The translations under genes and the position numbers were made by a program. Shown in pieces: positions 26,579-40,429 of a stretch of DNA of 64,000 bases (positions are counted from its first letter, which is position 1; every line of letters begins with the position of its first letter). The stretch spans positions 13,888,001 to 13,952,000 of the forward strand of contig OX597836.1 of the NCBI GenBank assembly GCA_951406725.2, written 5' to 3'. The notes below the pieces were generated by a model that worked only from the letters and a program-made list of their open reading frames with translations, was not told the DNA's origin and ran no database searches. Source of the DNA: Octopus vulgaris. Its lineage: Eukaryota.

Positions 26579-27022
26579 AATTCAGCCCACGCTGACCCTC
26601 TCAGGCGAAGCGTACAGACTAAGGAGCAAAACGCTTGTGAATCTGAGATACCGGCTTATGATAGTGGAAAGGAGCGAAACACTTGTAACCCTGAAATACC
26701 AACTGAAGATAATGGAAAGGAGTGAAACGCTTGTGACTCTGAGATACCGGCTGATGATAACGGAAGGATTTCCAGCATTGTGATTTCCAGCAATGATTTC
26801 CAGCATTGTGTGCTCCTGATTTTGCTGCTCACATCCTGGGCCTTTAAAATCTATACAAATTTATACAGTCACCCTCATATAAGCGTCGGTATAAAAGAGC
26901 TACGTACACTTCTTCGCAATGGTAGAAACTTTTCCGCTATCATTAGCTGGTATCTCAAAGTCCCATGCGTTTCGCTGCTTAGTTTGTACGCCTCGCCTGA
27001 GTTGGGTAGCGTAAACTGATTT
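26579..27022. repeat. Foldback with ~95-bp arms and internal 3 x 48-bp tandem repeat
   Basis: Arms about 26579-26670 and 26930-27022. GGAG(C/T) unit starts at 26623, 26671 and 26719. Confidence 0.85.
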
Positions 27023-27029
27023 AATTTTA

Positions 27030-27215
27030 GTGATTGCTCCAACTTAACCTTATACCTAAGGAGAGGTCTTCTTTGCTGCGATATCCCTCCACTTGTTGGC
27101 CATGCAGAAGAATTTTCGGAATGCGGTGATTTTTCATTGGAACATCATGTCCTACATGTCTGCACGGAATTCTCATCAGCATGCTTTGGATACAAAAGAT
27201 ATCACATCTTTCTAA
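27030..27215 (-). mobile_element. RTE-type LINE C-terminal fragment
   Basis: IQSMLMR...VGHDVPMKNHRIPKILLHGQ resembles the RTE W.GHV.RM...RIPK.LLYG motif. Confidence 0.55.
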
Positions 27216-27238
27216 GATTGGATATCCTATGTTAATAA

Positions 27239-27352
<114 letters not shown>

Positions 27353-27354
27353 GC

Positions 27355-27925
27355 TCGAGGGAAAGAAAGAAGATTGACAGGAAAATCCATAACCTGCTGA
27401 CTTGCAAAATGATGCCCCACCCAAAGGCAGACGCAGATCGTCTTTACCTACCCAGAGCTCAAGGAGGTCGAGGCTTGATCCAAATTGAAATCACCTACAA
27501 AACCACCACAATTGGACAGGCAAAATATATTGAAACATCAAACGACTGGATGCTAAAGCTCATTAAGAGCCATGGAAGACGTAAGATTAATTCTTTTATG
27601 AAGGAGAGAAAAAATGTTCTAGTGTGTTTATGCATAATACCCAGGTTGAACAGCATGATGGAAGTACAGTAACTTTAGTTGCAAAGAAGGTGAAATCAAT
27701 AGCAAAGGAAAATGCGTTTGAACAATTGGCTGATAGGTGGGAACAAAAACTTCTGCAAGGCAAATATTTGACCCATAGCAAACAAGCTGATGTAGACCAG
27801 AAGCACACCCATCAGTGGCTACAGAGCTCAGGGCTAAAGGCAGAGAGTGATGGCTTTATCTTGGCTGTCCAAGATCAGAGCTTATTGACCCGGAACTATC
27901 AAACCAATGTGATGAAAAATAATAA
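27355..27925 (+). mobile_element. R4/Dong-type (RLE) LINE fragment in (TAA)n
   Basis: IDRKIHNLLT...HPKADADRLYLPRAQGGRGLIQIE and THQWLQSSGLKAESDGFILAVQDQSLLTRNY, frameshifted. Confidence 0.85.
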
Positions 27926-28027
27926 TGCTTTAATCTGTACGACTAAAATGATATTTTGTATGAGTGTGTGCGTTTGGATTTGCGCGCGCGTGTGTTTGTT
28001 TGTCTGTGAGTTTGTGTGCGTGCGTAC

Positions 28028-28064
<37 letters not shown>

Positions 28065-28269
28065 TGTGTGTGTGTTTGTCACGCTCATGTTTGACCTTGA
28101 CATTGAAAACTACCGTGACCTGCCATTCACTCTTATACGAGCAAACAGTTACAGCTTCTAAACCGAGTGAGTTTCGCAACGACGGTCAATAAGCAGATCG
28201 CTTCTTCTACGCCGCGCCGCGCCGCCGCCACTGCCGTTAAAAACTCTATTTTTGTTGTTGTTATTGCCG

Positions 28270-28301
<32 letters not shown>

Positions 28302-28466
28302 GCTGTGGTGGTGGTGGTGGTGGTGGTGGTGGATGAGGAGGACGAATGGGGTGAGTTTGTTTCTGACTCATCACCACCGCATCTTCTACTAACCATCATC
28401 AATAACATCAACCATAACCACCAACAACAAAAACAACGATAACATCGTCATCATCATCATCATCAT

Positions 28467-28516
<50 letters not shown>

Positions 28517-29370
28517 CCATCATCGTCATCATCATCACCACCACCACCGATAATTTTTCCTGTGAGAATTTCCAAATGCTTGTATGCCATTCTGTATCAT
28601 TATCGAAAATTATCTTCCTTTTTTTTCTTTGCTTTTGGAAGTGGCAACATTTTTAGTCATATCCTTCTCTCTCTCTCTCTCTCTCTCTCTTCCTCTCTCC
28701 CTCCCTCCCTTCTCTCTCATTCTTTCTCTCCTTTTCTGTCTCCTTCTCTCTCTTCTATCTATCACCCCCTCTCTCTCTCTCTCTTCCACATACGCGTGCG
28801 CAAGTGCACATACATGAATAGAAGAAAACATTATTATAATAATTCATGTGAAGTAAACACGGAACAGCGAGAATCTTACCAAAAACGCATCTCTTCATTC
28901 TTAATACGTTTCAGTGAGAATGCCTGATCGTTGTTGTTTTCCGTCGTCAGAGAACACTCCTCCCTTCAGACAATCTATGCTCATAACACGCGATTCATTG
29001 ATGTAAAATCAGAAATTTCTTTTATTAAAATGTTAAGGCTATAAATATTCTACTTTTAAAGATTTGTATTTATCCCATCTTTCGTTTAAGCACCAAGAAA
29101 TTTGATTAAAAGCTAAATTTAATCATTAGATGAATGTCACATTTTCCTTTATACATTACATAGGAGGAGGGCATGGCCTAGCCTATTGGTTAAGGGTGTT
29201 GTACTCACGATCGCCAGATCGTACTTTCAATTCCTGGAATTGTTCAGCAAAGAACTGTAGAACCGTTTTTCGTTTTTCTCGGAGTAAGAGAGAGACTACC
29301 ATGATGAAAATATACTTTCAAAATAACCAGTCATATGACGGGCAACATACTACTACTACTACTACTACTC

Positions 29371-29596
29371 TTTACTCTCTCTTTTACTCTTTTACTTGTT
29401 TCAGTCATTTGACTGCGGCCATGCTGGAGCACCGCCTTTTTTAGTCGAGCAAATCGACCCCGGGACTTATTCTTTGTAAGCCCAGTACTTATTCTATCGG
29501 TCTCTTTTGCCGAACCGCTAAGTGACGGGGACGTAAACACCCCAGCATCGGCTGTCAAGCAATGCTAGGGAGACAAACACAGACATACAAACACAT

Positions 29597-29651
<55 letters not shown>

Positions 29652-29827
29652 TATACATATATACGACAGGCTTCTTTCAGTTTCCGTCTACCAAATCCAC
29701 TCACAAGGCATTGGTCGGCCCGGGGCTATAGCAGAAGACACTTGCCCAAGATGCCACGCAGTGGGACTGAACCCGGAACCATGTGGTTGGTTAGCAAGCT
29801 ACTTACCACACAGCCATTCCTGCGCCT
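29371..29827 (-). mobile_element. SINE family A, full-length
   Basis: Matches 45007-45414 and 63494-63915. Confidence 0.9.
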
Positions 29828-29865
29828 ACTACTACAACTACTACTACTACTGCTGCTGCTGCTGT

Positions 29866-29897
<32 letters not shown>

Positions 29898-30939
29898 AGA
29901 CGACAACGACTACCACTGCTACTACTACTACTAAAACTACAACCACTGCCACCGCTACTACTACTACTACTAAAACTACAACCACTGCCACCGCTACTAC
30001 TACTACTACTACTACTACTACTATTACAGCCACCGCCACCACCACTACCACACCACCACCACCACCACTGCTATTACCACTTGTACCACGACCATCACTA
30101 CTACTATGACCACCACCGCCACTACTGCTGCTACTACTACCACTACTACCACTACTACTACTACCATGACCACTACCACCATCACTACTACTACTACTAC
30201 TACCACCACCATAACCACTACCACCACCACTACCACCACCACCACCACCACCACTACTACTAGCACTACTACTACTACTCCCGCCTCCACCACCACTACT
30301 ATTATTACCACCACCACCACCACTACCACCACCACTATTACTACTACTTGTTCTACGACCATCATCACCATCGCTATACTATTACCACCGCCATCACTGC
30401 TGCTGCTGCTGCTACTGCTACTATAACCACCACTTCTGCCACTCTAAGTATTTCCTTTCACTAATCACCATAACAGACGCTCCTCAGAGTAGCCACGGGT
30501 CAAGGGCTCTCGTCTGTCCCTTGTTCAATTAAGACATCTGTATGCTTGTACGTGCGTGTATGTATGTCCAAGAGTGTGCTTATGTCGGTGTGTATGTATG
30601 TATGTATATATGTATGTATGTATGTATGTGTCTGTGTATGTATGTATGTGTGTGTGTATGTCTGTCTGTCTGTCTGTATGTATGTATGTATGTATGTATG
30701 TATGTATGTATGTATGTATGTATGTATGTATGTATGTATGTGTGTATGTAAGTATGTATGTATGTATGTATGTATGAATGTATGTATGTATGTATGTATG
30801 TATGTATGTATGTATGTATGTATGTATGTATAAATGTATGTATGTGTGTATGTGTGTGTATCAAGGGTGTAGGTCATTCAAGATACACGTGTGTGTGTGA
30901 GGATACCTTAGAGTGTTTGTGTCTTCGTCTGAGTGTGTT

Positions 30940-30976
<37 letters not shown>

Positions 30977-31057
30977 TTGCATCAAAGACTTCAATTTTTT
31001 CTTTGGTCGTTCCAGATACGCATGCGTAAGAGGATACCCAAGTGTTTTTGTGTGGAG

Positions 31058-31120
<63 letters not shown>

Positions 31121-31733
31121 TGTGTGTGCGTGCGTGTGCACTCTCGTGTATGTGTGCGTGTATCTTTGTGTTTGTGTATGTCCCAAAACCGCTTGACATC
31201 CGACGTTGGTTTGTTTACGCTCTCGTAACTTAGCGGTTTCGGCAAAAGAGAACGAAAGAATAAGTACCAAACTTTCAAAAAAATAAATAAATAAAATGCA
31301 GGCATCTGTTTGTTCCACTAAAAACAAACGAAAACCTAAAAGGCGATGCCCCAGCATGGCCACAGTCTAATGACTGAAACAAGTAACGGATAAAAAATGA
31401 AAATGCTATAGAAGCTGCTGTGGAACTGTCTCTACTATATAAAAAAACCATATCGTTTCGAACTTGTGTTGTCTTCCAGGAAATCGCTTATTTGTTATCT
31501 TTTAGCGGCACTAATTTCTCAAATACTTTAAAATGAAGGTTGACTAAACTTAGCTGTATGTGTAGCGGATAACTACCGACTTTCTGAGCTAGGATTCGAA
31601 TTCGAATCCACATTTCCCTTCAAGTCTTTGGCCTATTGTTCTCACCTGTGGCACTTGGTAGTTTATGAGAATAAGCTGAACTCTTAGTCCTTTACGAGTC
31701 ATTCGTGGGTCAAAACCTGATCCAGAGGATATG

Positions 31734-31910
31734 TGGAAGCACTCCGTCGGTTACGACGACGAGGGTTCCGGTTGATCCGATCAACGGAACAGCCTGCTCG
31801 TGAAATTAACGTGTAAGTGGCTGAGCACTCCACAGACACGTGTACCCTTAACGTAGTTCTCGGGGATATTCAGCGTGACACAGAGAGTGACAAGGCCGGC
31901 TCTTTGAAAT
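31734..31910 (-). mobile_element. SINE family C, 3' half
   Basis: Reverse complement of about 11830-12008. Confidence 0.85.
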
Positions 31911-32452
31911 ACACTTTGTTTGTACCAGAGGATATATCCTTTGTTTAACTTGGCGTAGCTTCGTCAGGAATAATATAAATAACATCAAATTAATTCTTCT
32001 TCTTTCGTGTAACCGTTATGTAAGCGGTGGCCTTCGTTTTCTTTCAAATGTTCTGTGGAAACTTGTACGGTGATGAGGAAATATTATCTTACTCAGAATA
32101 GGGAGAAGGTTGGTGATTAGGAAGGGGACTCGGCGATAAAAATAAATCCGCTTCAACAAATTCCGTCCGACGCATGCGGGCATGGAAAAGTGGACGTTAA
32201 AACTAGGACGATGACGACGGCGATGATGACGATGATAACGTGATGTATGTATTTATTTAGTCTTTAAACATGATTTTTCTCTTGGGATCCAAATTCTGTT
32301 TTCCTTCTCGCGTTTTTCTGGGGTGTGGCCTACCAGATATTGGTAATACTATACGCAACATCTGCTGACTCATTCCTATCAGAAGAAGTATATGTCAATG
32401 ACAAGTCGGCAAGACATAGGCCAAACATATGGGTAGATGCGAAAAAAGTATA

Positions 32453-32614
32453 GGCGAAGGAGTGGCTGTGCGGTAAGAAGCTTGCTTCCCAACCACATGG
32501 TTCCGAGTTCAGTCCCACTGCGTGGTACTTTGGGCAAGTGTCTTCTACTATAGCCTCGAGCCGACCAAAGCCTTGTGAGTGGATTTGGTCGACGGAAACT
32601 GAAAGAAGACCGTC

Positions 32615-32648
<34 letters not shown>

Positions 32649-32843
32649 TTGTCCTCCTACCATCGCTCGAAAACCGAAGTTGGTGTGTTTACGTCCCCGT
32701 AACTTACCGGTTCGGCAAAAGAGGCCGATTGAATAAATACTAGGCTTACAAAGAATAAGTCCTGGGGTCGATTTGTTCGACTGAAGGCGATACTCCAGCA
32801 TGGCCGCAGTCAAATGACTGAAACAAGTAAAAGAATAAAAGAA
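32453..32843 (+). mobile_element. SINE family A, full-length
   Basis: Head through the (TAAAAGAA) tail, followed by about 1.1 kb of (TACA)n. Confidence 0.9.
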
Positions 32844-32849
32844 TGAAAG

Positions 32850-32854
32850 AATAC

Positions 32855-32946
<92 letters not shown>

Positions 32947-33207
32947 GTACATACATACATACATACATACATGCATGCATAAATACATACATACATACAT
33001 GCATGCATGCATACATACATACATATATATATACATATATACATACATACATACATCCGTGCATACATACATACGTACGTACATACATACATATATACAC
33101 ATATATATACATACATGCATGCATGCATACACACATACATACATACATACATACATACATACATACATACATACATACATACATACATACATACATACAT
33201 ACATACA

Positions 33208-33241
<34 letters not shown>

Positions 33242-33463
33242 CATATATACATACATACATACATACATTCATACATACATACATACATACATACATACAT
33301 ACATACATACATACATACATACATACATCCATACATACATATATACATATATACATACATACATGCATGCATGCATACACACATACATACATACATACAT
33401 ACATACATGCATACATGCATACATACATACATACATACATACATACATACATACATACATACA

Positions 33464-33497
<34 letters not shown>

Positions 33498-33551
33498 CAT
33501 ATATACATACATACATGCATACATTCATACATACATACATACATACATACA

Positions 33552-33585
<34 letters not shown>

Positions 33586-33918
33586 CATATATACATACAT
33601 ACATGCATGCATGCATACATACATACATACACACGTACATACATACATACATACGTACATATATACATACGTACATACATACATACATACATACATAAAT
33701 ACATACATACATACGTACATACATGCATGCATGCATGCATGCATACATACATACATATATATATACATACATACATATATATATGTATATATATATACAT
33801 ACATATATATATATATATACATACATACATATATATATACATATATACATACATATATATATACATATATACATACATATATATATACATACATACATAT
33901 ATATATATATACATATAT

Positions 33919-33956
<38 letters not shown>
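32850..33956. repeat. (TACA)n/(TA)n microsatellite expanse, representative of many in the window
   Basis: Directly visible. Similar tracts at 4410-4840, 30540-30860, 46980-47310, 49850-50295, 52760-53350, 53880-54250, 58200-58420. Confidence 0.97.
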
Positions 33957-33958
<2 letters not shown>

Positions 33959-34544
33959 TATATAAAATCTGTCCGCGCGCGCGCGCGTGTGTCTTCTCAG
34001 ATCTCGGGCATCCTCCATCCGATTGAAGATAGATAGATAGAAATTCACTCAAATTCACAAATTCACACACACGAAGCAAAAGCACGCACACACACAAACA
34101 TATATATACACACGCAAGCACGTATCGGCACGCACACACACACGCACACACACACACACACGCACGCACAAACACATAAGCACATACCTATCCCACACTC
34201 ACATAAACAGAAGCAACGTACTTCACTTATCAGTCACGTGTTGATGTATACAAAATGGATGACATGACCATTGCAACAAAACGGTTCCCGTTTTCTCAAA
34301 GTTACAAGAATTTAAGAAGGAAATAGTGTCGGTGGTGGTGGTGGTGAGATAGCGTAAGAGGTGAGAGAGAGAGAGAGAGCGAGTGAAAGAGAGAGACGGA
34401 CAGGGAGGAAAAGTGAAGAAGAGGAAAGTGAGAAGGAGAGAAGAGAGCGAAACAGAGACGAGAGAGGAGAGATGGAGAGAGGGGAGGGAGAGAGGAGACG
34501 AAACGGGAAGTGAGAAAGAGAGTGGAAAAAAAGAGAGAGTGCAC

Positions 34545-34575
<31 letters not shown>

Positions 34576-35376
34576 CGGGCAGGGAAAGAGTGAATGAAGA
34601 GAGAAGAGGGTGGGGAGAGAGAGCAGAGAAAGAGAAAGAGAGAGAGGCAAAGAGTGACAGAGGGGGAGGAGAGACAGAACAGAGAGAGAGAGAGAGAAAC
34701 AAAGAGTGACAGAGGGGAGGAGAGACAGAATAGAGAGAGACAGAGAGGTGGGGAGGTGGAGGATAGAGAGAAGGAGACAGAAAGACAGAGAGACAGAGAG
34801 AAAGAAGGAAAGAGACACAGAGTGAAGAGAGAGAATGAGCAAAGAAAGAGAGAAGAGGAAGGGAGAGAGTAGGGAGACAGTGAAAAGAGACAGAAGCAGA
34901 GGCGGAGATACAGAGAGGGAGAAAGAGACAGGGAGGGGAGAGGGAAAATGTAAAAAGAGAGAGAGAAGATAAAATGGGTGGTGTTTTAATTCATGGTAAA
35001 ATGGTAGAGTTATTTGAACTTTAACCTGTTGCTTTGCAAAGCAAACTTTGTGACTCACAAACCAATTCCACCAGACAAACTTGGTTTGTTTATCTTTCCA
35101 TTCGCTAGTCCCAATTTACAAACTTGTATACGTAATCATGTTGTGCAACTATGCAAAATGTGTGTACAATGTATGTACAATAATAACTCGTCCGATTACG
35201 GCTGTGTGGTAAGAAGTTTGCTTCCTAACCGTATTGTTCTGGGTTCGGGCCTACTGTATATCACATTGGACAGGTGTTCTCTGCTATAGCTCCGGGTCGA
35301 CTTATTCATTGTAGCTTTGTGAGTGGGTTTGGTCGACAGAAAACTAAAACAAGCGAGCGAGCTGGCAGAAACGTAT

Positions 35377-35975
35377 CTATTTCTTTACTACCCATAAGGG
35401 GCTACACACAGAGAGAACAAACAAGGACAGACAAACGGGTTAAGTCGATTATATCGACCCCAGTGCGTAACTGGTCCTTAATTTATCGACCCCGAAAGGA
35501 TGAGAGGCAAAGTCGACCTCGACGTAATTTCAACTCAGAACATAAAGACAGATGAAATACCTATTTCTTTACTACCCACAAGGGGCTACACACAGAGAGG
35601 ACAAACAAGGACAGACAAACGGATTAAATCGATTATATCGACCCCAGTGCGTAACTGGTCCTTAATTTATCGACCCCGAAAGGACGAAAGGCAAAGTTGA
35701 CCTCGGCGGAATTTGAACTCAGAACGTAGACAGACGAAATACCTATTTCTTTACTACCCACAAGGGGCTAAACACAGAGAGGACAAACAAGGACAGACAA
35801 ATGGATTAAGTCGATTATATCGACCCCAGTGCGTAACTGGTCCTTAATTTATCGACCCCGAAAGGATGAAAGGCAAAGTCGACCTCGGCGGAATTTGAAC
35901 TCAGAACGTAACGGCAGACGAAATACGGCTACGCATTTCGCCCGGCATGCTAACGTTTCTGCCAGCTCGCCGCCT
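35377..35975 (-). mobile_element. SINE family B, tandem trimer (one head plus three ~183-bp bodies)
   Basis: CTATTTCTTTACT recurs at 35377, 35561 and 35743; single head at about 35930-35975. Confidence 0.9.
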
Positions 35976-36457
35976 TAAGAGAGGAATTACAACCGGGTCT
36001 ACGCTACATACTCACCTCGTCCGTTGCTTCGCTGACGAAAGTTCTCTCATTGTTTACATTTTCGAAATTGCTGTTTATTTCGAACAATGTTGTCAAAAAC
36101 GGTGCCTTTGCTTTTCCGAAGGTCTTCTAAGAGATCCTTCTAGAAAAAAATTTGCTCTTTTGACCTTTTTGTCCTTTTTTTCGACAAAAATACTGCTATC
36201 GTCTGCTGTTTTTACTAGCCCGAAGTCGCTTCGCACGCACACGCGCACTCTCCCTCGTAGACATGTCGTGACGCTCCTCACTCTCTCCCCCTCTCTCACA
36301 TATGAACGTCATCGTTGTTTTTGTTGTCGTCACCATTGCTATTGTTGTTGTTGTAGTTGTTGATGGTGCTGCTGATGCTGTTGTGGAAAAACTTCTTTTT
36401 GTACCCCACCATAAAATTTCTTTTTAAATATTAGACATGGTGGAAAATTGATCTCCT

Positions 36458-36669
36458 ACCATGTCTTATAATAATAATAATGGTGATAAAGTCATAAAAA
36501 TTAAGAATTTCTATTTAAAACCTTCATTTCTGTATTAGGTATATCCATGTCTCAATTTTCCTAACCTTAAGGCCTAAATTACCGAACTCTGTGAAATTTG
36601 CTTAACCTTGGGACATAAATAGAAATTCTTAATTTTTATGACTTACTCATCATTATTCTTATAAGACAT
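36458..36669. repeat. AT-rich inverted repeat (~55-bp arms), MITE-like
   Basis: ATGTCTTATAA...AAGTCATAAAAATTAAGAATTTCTATTTA versus TAAATAGAAATTCTTAATTTTTATGACTT...TTATAAGACAT. Confidence 0.75.
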
Positions 36670-37477
36670 TGAAGGCGGCAACTTGGTACAATCGTTAGCA
36701 CGCCAAGCAAAATGCTTGGCGGCATTTTCGTCCGTCTTTACGTTTTGAAATCGTCACTCGACCTGTCAGAATCGTCACTTGACCTGTCGCCCTAAAATGA
36801 AGGACAAAACAGGAAAATAAACTCACCACTCGACAGCAAATAACTTGTTGTCCACGGTGGTATAAACTTGAAGGATACGAATACACTATTATGTGTTTTT
36901 CCCTTACAAAATTCACGGAGCGAAGCCAAGCGTGTCTGACGGCCATAGTAATGATAATAATAATAATTATAATTATAATAATAAATGTACATTGTTCTGT
37001 CTTGGTATAAAAGACGGGATACAATAAATATTCTGCTCAATACCACAGATTTGTTTGTCAGTTGTTTGACCCTAACCAGTTTAGCATGTCCCTTAGTGGC
37101 TGACGATATGTGCATCTCTGATCAAAAGCAAAAGTAGTGGGGGAGCATCATAGCCATGAGTTGAGAGGAATTCTTTGGGGTTTGAATAATTCACCTGTGG
37201 AAACATGGGTGTTTCGTTCAATATTCTTAAACAACCCTTATTCAGGGACCTTTCGAGCGGGATGGGCTACACGACCTGAAGAAAATTCTAACTGGGCCCT
37301 ATCTGCAAGGTCATACGCTATTTATATTGATATGAGATCACCATGTCGTGCACATATGATTGTGATGCATGTGCCTGGTGTACCCTTATCAGACGGGTAG
37401 TCATGATGGGTATACCGGGCTTCGTATATTTTACCTCAGTGTTACTTTGATGGCATGCAATGCTCTCTCTCAATAGT

Positions 37478-37510
<33 letters not shown>

Positions 37511-37705
37511 AATAATAATAATGATAATAATAATAATAATCCTTTCTATTATAGGCACAAGGCCTGAAGCGGGAACTATCGATCCCAGTGCTTGGCTGGT
37601 ATATATTTCATCGACCCCGAAAGGATGAAAGGCAAAGTCGACCTCGGTGGAATTTGAGCCGTTAAGCATTCGGTCCACCGTGCTGTCAATTCTGCCAGCT
37701 TACCG

Positions 37706-37775
<70 letters not shown>

Positions 37776-38566
37776 CCTTTCTGTTAAGGGCACAAGACCT
37801 GAAATTCTTAGGGGTTTTTAGGGGTGGGGTGGGGTTGGGATAGTCGATTACATCGGTCCCACAGATTGATAGGGGAACTGGGAATTCACAACTCGGGGAA
37901 ACAAAAGCGGCCATAGAAATTTAACAGAAGGCTGTCCCTTCTAATGTAACATTTCTCCAGCCAGTCGACCTTCATAAGTTATTTGGTTATTTGTTAAGCC
38001 AGAAACAGCTGAAAGGCTCGAGTTGAAACACCGGAAATGTCACTCGCCAGAAGCCGGTCTGCAAACATGTAGCAACCAAAATACTTTTCGTAGCATTTGC
38101 TTTTTTTTTTATGACAAGAATGGAAATGTTGCAATGAAGACATGTTACATTTGCTTTGCTTTTCAACCTAATTTATTTTATTTTTCATTTTCATTTTATT
38201 TTATTTTATTTTGGGTGTTTATTTATTCGTATATTTATTCGTTGCTTCTTATTCCCCCCACCCCCCACCCACTTCTTTTGACACATCCGGTTGCTCTTTG
38301 GTTGTAGTCGACAACATTGTGTTTGTGTGTATGTGTGCCTTTGTACATGCATATATATATAGAGAGAGAGTGAGAGAGTGAGAGAGAGAGAAAGGCATAA
38401 TCGCATATGTATGAAGCCAATATAGTATTTGTTCATACACACACACACATACACACACATTCGCACACACACACACACATGTACGAGTATATATATATGT
38501 GTGTGTGTGTGTATAATATATACATTCTTTATATATATATATATGTATATATATGAATATATACAT

Positions 38567-38647
<81 letters not shown>

Positions 38648-38648
<1 letters not shown>

Positions 38649-38873
38649 TTTATTTTAAGCAGCAGAAAATTCAACAAAATCTGTTACTCTGAGTTTCTCG
38701 TTGCCGTTCATCAGACAGTTTTTGCTAGAAAAACTGTCTGATGAACGGCAACGAGAAACTCAGAGTAACAGATTTTGTTGAATTTTCTGCTGCTTAAAAT
38801 AAAGCATATTACTCTACCACTGGTATTTGAGTACTCTTTTTTCCACCTTGTTTCACATTTATGTGTTTACTCC

Positions 38874-38928
<55 letters not shown>

Positions 38929-38998
38929 TATTTAAAGCAGCAGAAAATTCAACAAAATCTGTTACTCTGAGTTTCTCGTTGCCGTTCATCAGACAGTT
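38648..38998. repeat. Second palindromic hammerhead module plus a third arm
   Basis: Foldback 38648-38804, tail to 38874, extra arm 38927-38998. Hammerhead motifs at 38681-38718(-), 38734-38771(+) and 38959-38996(-). Confidence 0.9.
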
Positions 38999-39002
38999 TA
39001 TA

Positions 39003-39811
39003 CAGAGTGCGATAGGTAAATTGTCGCCATTTTATATTTTTAATTTTGTCGACTACACAGTATAATAGGACCAGTTGGGCACCGTCTATGGAAAAAAAAA
39101 CAGCACCATTACGCAATTCACTCTGCCAGAAATTTGGAAACGACATGTTGTACAGCTTGGCATTCGTGCCGAAAGCCCCAATACGAACATTTCAGGGTAT
39201 CTGGGTGTCAATCTGAGGACATGTACTGAGAGTGATAAAAATCAAACATCCAATCAGCATCATGGTGTTTGGAGTGATCACTAGTGATGGCGACGTTATG
39301 CCTCCATTCATCTTCCCACGGGGTCTCAGACTCAACACGGAGGCCTGGAAGAGGTAGTGCTGCCCTGGGTCAAGAGGATGGCTGATGGAGCACACTATGT
39401 CTGGCAACAGGACTCTGCACCATGCCACACAAGCAGGCGAACCCAGTCATGGCTGTCAGACAATTTCTGCGGTCACATCACCCCTAGCATCTGGCCACCT
39501 AACTCCTCAGACTGCAATCCCCTTGATAATTAAAGTTGGGGCACAGTTAATCGAGAGACCAACAAAACTCCTTGTAACACCAAAGATGAACTGAAGGCAA
39601 GGATTACGGCAGCATTCATCGACTTAAACAAAGTGACTGTTCAGAAGAGTTGCAGGAGATTCCGAAGTCGTCTGGAGGCCATTGTTGAAGCCATTGGCGA
39701 TTTTATTGTATTTCAAGATATTTTTATGTAATTTTGGTAAATATATATGTTAAAATGAGATCTGTGTTATTTTCATTTTTGCGTAATTTTGACAATTTAT
39801 TCACCGTACCC

Positions 39812-39812
<1 letters not shown>
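39003..39812 (+). mobile_element. Decayed Tc1/mariner-superfamily element (DD37D-like)
   Basis: VWQQDSAPCHTSRRTQSWLSDNFCGHITPSIWPPNSSDCNPLD; imperfect TIRs containing TAAATTGTC / GACAATTTA. Confidence 0.75.
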
Positions 39813-39843
<31 letters not shown>

Positions 39844-39921
39844 CATACATACATACATACATACATACAAATATACATACATACATACATACAAACATAC
39901 ATACATACATACATACATACA

Positions 39922-39952
<31 letters not shown>

Positions 39953-40429
39953 GTGTTGATGAAAAACTGCACACTTCCCTCTCTCTCTCGCTTTCGCTCT
40001 CTTTCCCCCTCGCTCTTTCTCTCTCTCTCTCTCTCCTTTTTCTTTTTGTTTTTTTCCCTTATATTTTATTTTACTTTTCTTTTTCTTGTTGAAGATAGGA
40101 AAACAAACTCCAAGAGAACATCCGGCTTCTAATTTATTTTATTCTTACTTTAACAATGATATTCACACATATTCCCTTAATTAGCTCCTCATCAAGTGCA
40201 GCGTCTCTTCTATTCACTGTAAGTCGTCCAGCTAACAACGCGAAGCCTCGCCACTTGAGGTGAGAATCACTTTTGTGCCAAGGACGACGAAGTGCAAGGA
40301 CGTAAGAATGTGTGATGTGACGAGTACATCAGTACTGAAGAAAAATAATGATTCTGAATTATATTTATACATGGACGTGCATGTTTTGGCCTTACGGTTT
40401 AAACTCTTTACACACACACACACACACGT

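Noticed and set aside
26621-26768. 48-bp repeats as a CRISPR array or a 16-aa repeat protein
   Set aside because: No unique spacers, no cas genes, eukaryotic context; explained as amplification of part of a repeat element.
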